A stretch of 64,000 nucleotides of DNA from Octopus vulgaris (lineage: Eukaryota). The translations under genes and the position numbers were made by a program. The notes under the pieces were generated by a model, which saw nothing but the letters and a program-made list of their open reading frames with translations, made no database searches and was not told where the DNA came from. Numbering within the stretch: the first letter of the stretch is position 1; each line of letters starts with the position of its first letter. The stretch is taken from positions 18,352,001 to 18,416,000 of the forward strand of contig OX597831.1 of the NCBI GenBank assembly GCA_951406725.2. Reading direction: 5' to 3'. Of this stretch, positions 58,407-64,000 are shown piece by piece.

Positions 58407-58935
58407 GTCAGGGTAGTAGTTACTGAAAGATTAATTATTTCTTCCAAGAAAGATAGAAAAGAGCAAATGATTAGGAGTTTACAGAATAAGGTGAAAACTG
58501 CATAGTAATGTGTGAGTAGCTTAGAAGCATGCAAACACAAGTCAGGAAGCAATAATTAAATCTTGTCTTGAACAAAAATACCTGGGCGAAGAGAAAGGAT
58601 TTGGGACAGTTATAGAAGAGTTGAAACTGCGTTTGATAGCAATATCAAGTAAGCTTTCCAGATATCAGAATGGAAGAGCCAACTACCATGAGGACGTTTT
58701 GCTCCAAATAGATCAGAGGAGATATTATAAGAATATATTTAATCAAAACCAAGTCTTAATCCTTCCAAAACGCCGCGTTTTGACATTTTGCAACAGATGT
58801 TTGTTTGACTTTCTATAACATTCCATATTTCAAGAAAATATTGCATTATATTACCTGGTTCAAAATGTAATTTTAATAAATTATTTGATATCGTAAACCG
58901 GTTAAGCAATAATAACAAAAATATTTATTTTGTAG

Positions 58936-59026
58936 GGGTAGCTAATTCACTATCGTGCGAAAGTATGGCAAAACGATTTTGCTCATCGACATATACCTAT
59001 TATTTATCATATGACCCGAACTGTAC
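58936..59026 (+). CDS. Gene C exon 2: (W)VANSLSCESMAKRFCSSTYTYYLSYDPNC(T)
   Basis: ttattttgtAG acceptor and GTacgt donor. 91 nt, phase 1-2. Confidence 0.85.
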
Positions 59027-59141
59027 GTACGTATCACCTTATTTCTACCTTATATTGATAGTTCGATACACATATATACTTAAATATGCTTGCGTTTGTG
59101 CGTATGTGTGGGACGGCGTGTTTATAATATAGACTTAATAA

Positions 59142-59194
<53 letters not shown>

Positions 59195-59904
59195 TATGTC
59201 TTTCCCTCATGAAGTTCTTCATGATAACTATCTGATAAATTCTTATACAGATTTTCTCCTATTTTAAGTTGTATTTATATAATGAAAATAAGCAATAAGG
59301 ATACCCATGATAGTGTGGTACAGTCGTTTCATGGTTCATCAGTTTTAACATATAGAGCAATCTCCAGTAACATATAGAATTCTTTTTGATTCAATAGACA
59401 ATGGAAATTTTTATACTTATTTCATTCGCCAATATTACAAAGAGGGTAGATGTATAGATATGTAGATATATGGAAATAGTAGGACCTTTTTTATCACTGA
59501 TTTCCCTTTGCTATTTAGATTTATCAATGGGGAGGGTTTTTTTATTTGGTTCAATGGAGACCAACAAGATTTTTTAAAATTATAGATAGAGGAAGGTGTA
59601 GTACAAATGTCAAAGCCATAAATCCAACTCCATTATGAGGAATTTAACTTTGGCATATTTGAATGTATTTTAGCTATAGTTAGTAGGCTGAAGTTAGTTG
59701 TGTAGGCAGAATAGAGACTACTTAGTCTCTAAAGGTTTTTAATGTCACTTACCATTTAACAGCCATAATTCCGTTTGTGAATTTTAAATAAATATCCTAT
59801 AGATAGTTTTTTCCAAAGGATTCCAATACATTTTATTATCTTATATAGGGATAGAAAATATAGAAATTATTTCATATTTATATATATATATATATATATA
59901 TTTA

Positions 59905-61299
<1,395 letters not shown>

Positions 61300-61350
61300 T
61301 ATATTTCGGAATGGTCATTTTGCCAGTTTAGCCAATAAATATATATAAAC

Positions 61351-61417
<67 letters not shown>

Positions 61418-62442
61418 AAGAAGAGTGAGATGATAAAGAGATAAGCAATTATCCTACTGAAATCAAATTGCCTCCACTCTTTTAAGAGCGGGATTCCACG
61501 CCCCTTCTGTACACACACACACATACCCTACACCGAGCAGGTACACACATACACACACATATAAATATATCGTTTATTCTAGCAAATTCAATCAATATCT
61601 AATGCGTAGCAAGGCGCTGAGCAGGCAGAAACGCTAGCATGTTGGGCGAAATGCTCAATCGTATTTTGTCTTTCATAATTTGAGGTCGATAAAATAAGAA
61701 CCATTTCATATTGCTGTTGATATATATGATCGACTAGCATCTCCCCAAAATTTCGAGTCTTGTACCTAGAGTATAAAACGATATTAAAGGCGTAGAGTAC
61801 AATATTGTATTTAATCTAATGTCGAGATGTGCAGGATTTTCCGTCATTTAAAGAACAGATTTTCGTTCTTTTTAATAACATTTTCCCCGCTCATATTAGT
61901 GCTTATATGAAGTATAAGGTAATGATTTCGTTACATACATTAATTGCAAAAAATCTCACTTCATATATTAACAACAGTACGAAGCGGTTGCAATGCAGGA
62001 TTCGTTAACACAGGTAAATGTTACAAGCCTTTGAGTTATTTTATAAACATTGTGAACGTAAAAGCTAATTTCGCTCAGTTTCCTTATCAACTCATGCAAT
62101 CATCGATACTCCTTTCTGGTATAGGCAAAGGGCCTAAATTTTTGGTGAGTGGTTTTGCTCAGTACATAGGTTCCAGTACTCTGCTGTATTTCTTTTATCG
62201 TCTTGGGCGTGGGGGAACGTAACATCGACCTCGGCAGCATTTGAACTCAGTGTGTAAACATGGATGAAATAGTATTGAACATTTTGTCTCTATTGTCATT
62301 AAAACTATTCTAATACAAATTTGGTACATCGTTTTTAGGCAACCTGAACATAAGCCTGTCGCAATAATGAAAGGAAATTATATTAATATGGTAGAAAATT
62401 TAGACGTTGATGATTTTAATATTAGTGTCACGTTTCTTCCAG

Positions 62443-62524
62443 TGGTTACAGATCTTTTTTGGAATGCTTTCAAGGACATGACAAAGAATGTTATAAAACC
62501 TTTGAATACATGCCTAGCTGTATG
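62443..62524 (+). CDS. Gene C exon 3: GYRSFLECFQGHDKECYKTFEYMPSCM (exons 4-5 not confidently located, possibly beyond the window)
   Basis: gtttcttccAG acceptor and GTaagg donor. 82 nt, phase 2-0. Confidence 0.85.
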
Positions 62525-64000
62525 GTAAGGAATGTATTTTTAATTTCATTTTAATGCTACACGTTTACGTCAATGAATAACATAATAAATTATATTTCTT
62601 AATGATCATTCTTCGATTACATTTTGAATAGAAAATGAATTCTAACAAACGATAAATCTAATGTTAACAATCTATCCAGTTCCTACTCTATGTGCCATCT
62701 TGATGGCAGATATATATTGACGAAAAGAAAAGTTTATTCATTTTAGGTAATTACATCTACAGCAACAGTTATATCAAATATACACTTTATAATCATTCCA
62801 TTCTAATTCCCATTTAGGCGCTATATTCGATACAATTTCTTGTCAAGCGTAAAGATGCCAGACAGCAATTCATAGGGGTAACTTCTTGTATTCCATAGTT
62901 CGATTGAACATATGAGAATGCGTGTTAACTTCCGTTAATGGGGGGAAGTAATAAATAAAAATTTCTCAATTCCATTTGTATGCAAGCAAATCCTAAGCAA
63001 TCTCAATAACGGACAAACATTTTCACTTCCCATTCTTAAATATGAACGCAGATGTTTGAGTGATTCGGGATTTACAAAATGTTTTGTGATTATGTCGATA
63101 AAATTCTGGAATCTTTCCTGTTTGTATATGCTTTAAACAGTCATAATCTGAATAATTACAAAGAAGATGAATTTCGAAGCCTAAATTTTGGGAGAAGAGT
63201 TTTAATGAAAATACAGTAATTGAAGGAAGGGCATCGAGGGGCATTGCATACCCAACGTGCAGATAAATACTTTCGTAAATTATAGTGTGACTTAGAATGC
63301 GTAGCTTACACATATTTTTCACTGAATCGAATTAAACAATAATCATGATTGTGAAGAACAATGTGAAGAAAACGAAATACTTATAGAAAATATTCCAAAG
63401 AATATTGGGAAGTGATTTCAACGTCTTTCAATTATGTCAGATAAATCCAATGTACTGTAGTTCGATATAGGATATAGATAATATGACCACTTGCTATCGG
63501 GAAATTTGTCGGTTCGATTTAGCTTTTTTGTAAGTATCACCATTATATTTATTTATGCTCCGGTGAAATTAAGAAATCGACTCGAAAATGAAAGAAACCT
63601 TTGTATCCGTCAGTTTATACAGACACGCTCACACACACACACACACGAACACGCACGGACACACACACACACGGACACATAGTCGCATATCTCTGAACGT
63701 GTTTTTTGCACGCATGTACCCACAGGTGTCTACGCGCATATGTACAAAATGATATGTGTATACGCAGACGAGGGTAGATTCATATGAAAAAGAACGTAAA
63801 GAAAACGAAGTATTTGCATAGAATATTGAGAAAGTTATTCAAAGTATTTCAACCATGACAGTTTGGTCAAGCGTACAGAATTTCGTTGTAGGATATAAAT
63901 AATATGGACCCTTGATTATCGAGAAATTTGTGAATTCTATTTCTTTTTGAAAGCATCAACATTATAGGTATTTATACTCAGGTTATATTACGAAATCATC

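Noticed and set aside
59308-59345. CTGATGA..GAAA motif on the - strand
   Set aside because: Stem II is essentially absent and stem I does not pair.

Overview
AT-rich, microsatellite-dense eukaryotic DNA. The repeat content (tRNA-derived SINEs, CR1-group LINEs in (TA)n, Penelope-like elements, R4/Dong-like LINEs) suggests a cephalopod such as Octopus, which is an inference. Nearly all long ORFs in the supplied track are retrotransposon ORFs or microsatellite artefacts. Hidden between them, and essentially missed by the ORF track, is a + strand tandem cluster of three paralogous micro-exon genes (A, B, C). Corresponding coding exons have identical sizes (37/91/82/30/60 nt) and matching phases. 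Only B is complete in the window; A lacks exon 1 and C lacks identifiable exons 4-5. They encode ~99-aa proteins with a signal peptide, a six-cysteine domain (C-X7-C-X13-C-X8-C-X7-C-X9-C), a short polar stalk and a hydrophobic C-terminus resembling a GPI signal. Gene B: [99 protein letters not shown]. The paralogs are highly divergent between the cysteines, and gene A has a triplicated stalk exon. Intron 2 of gene A has grown to ~25.9 kb by nested TE insertion into (TA)n tracts. Several hammerhead ribozyme motifs lie in Penelope-like terminal repeats.
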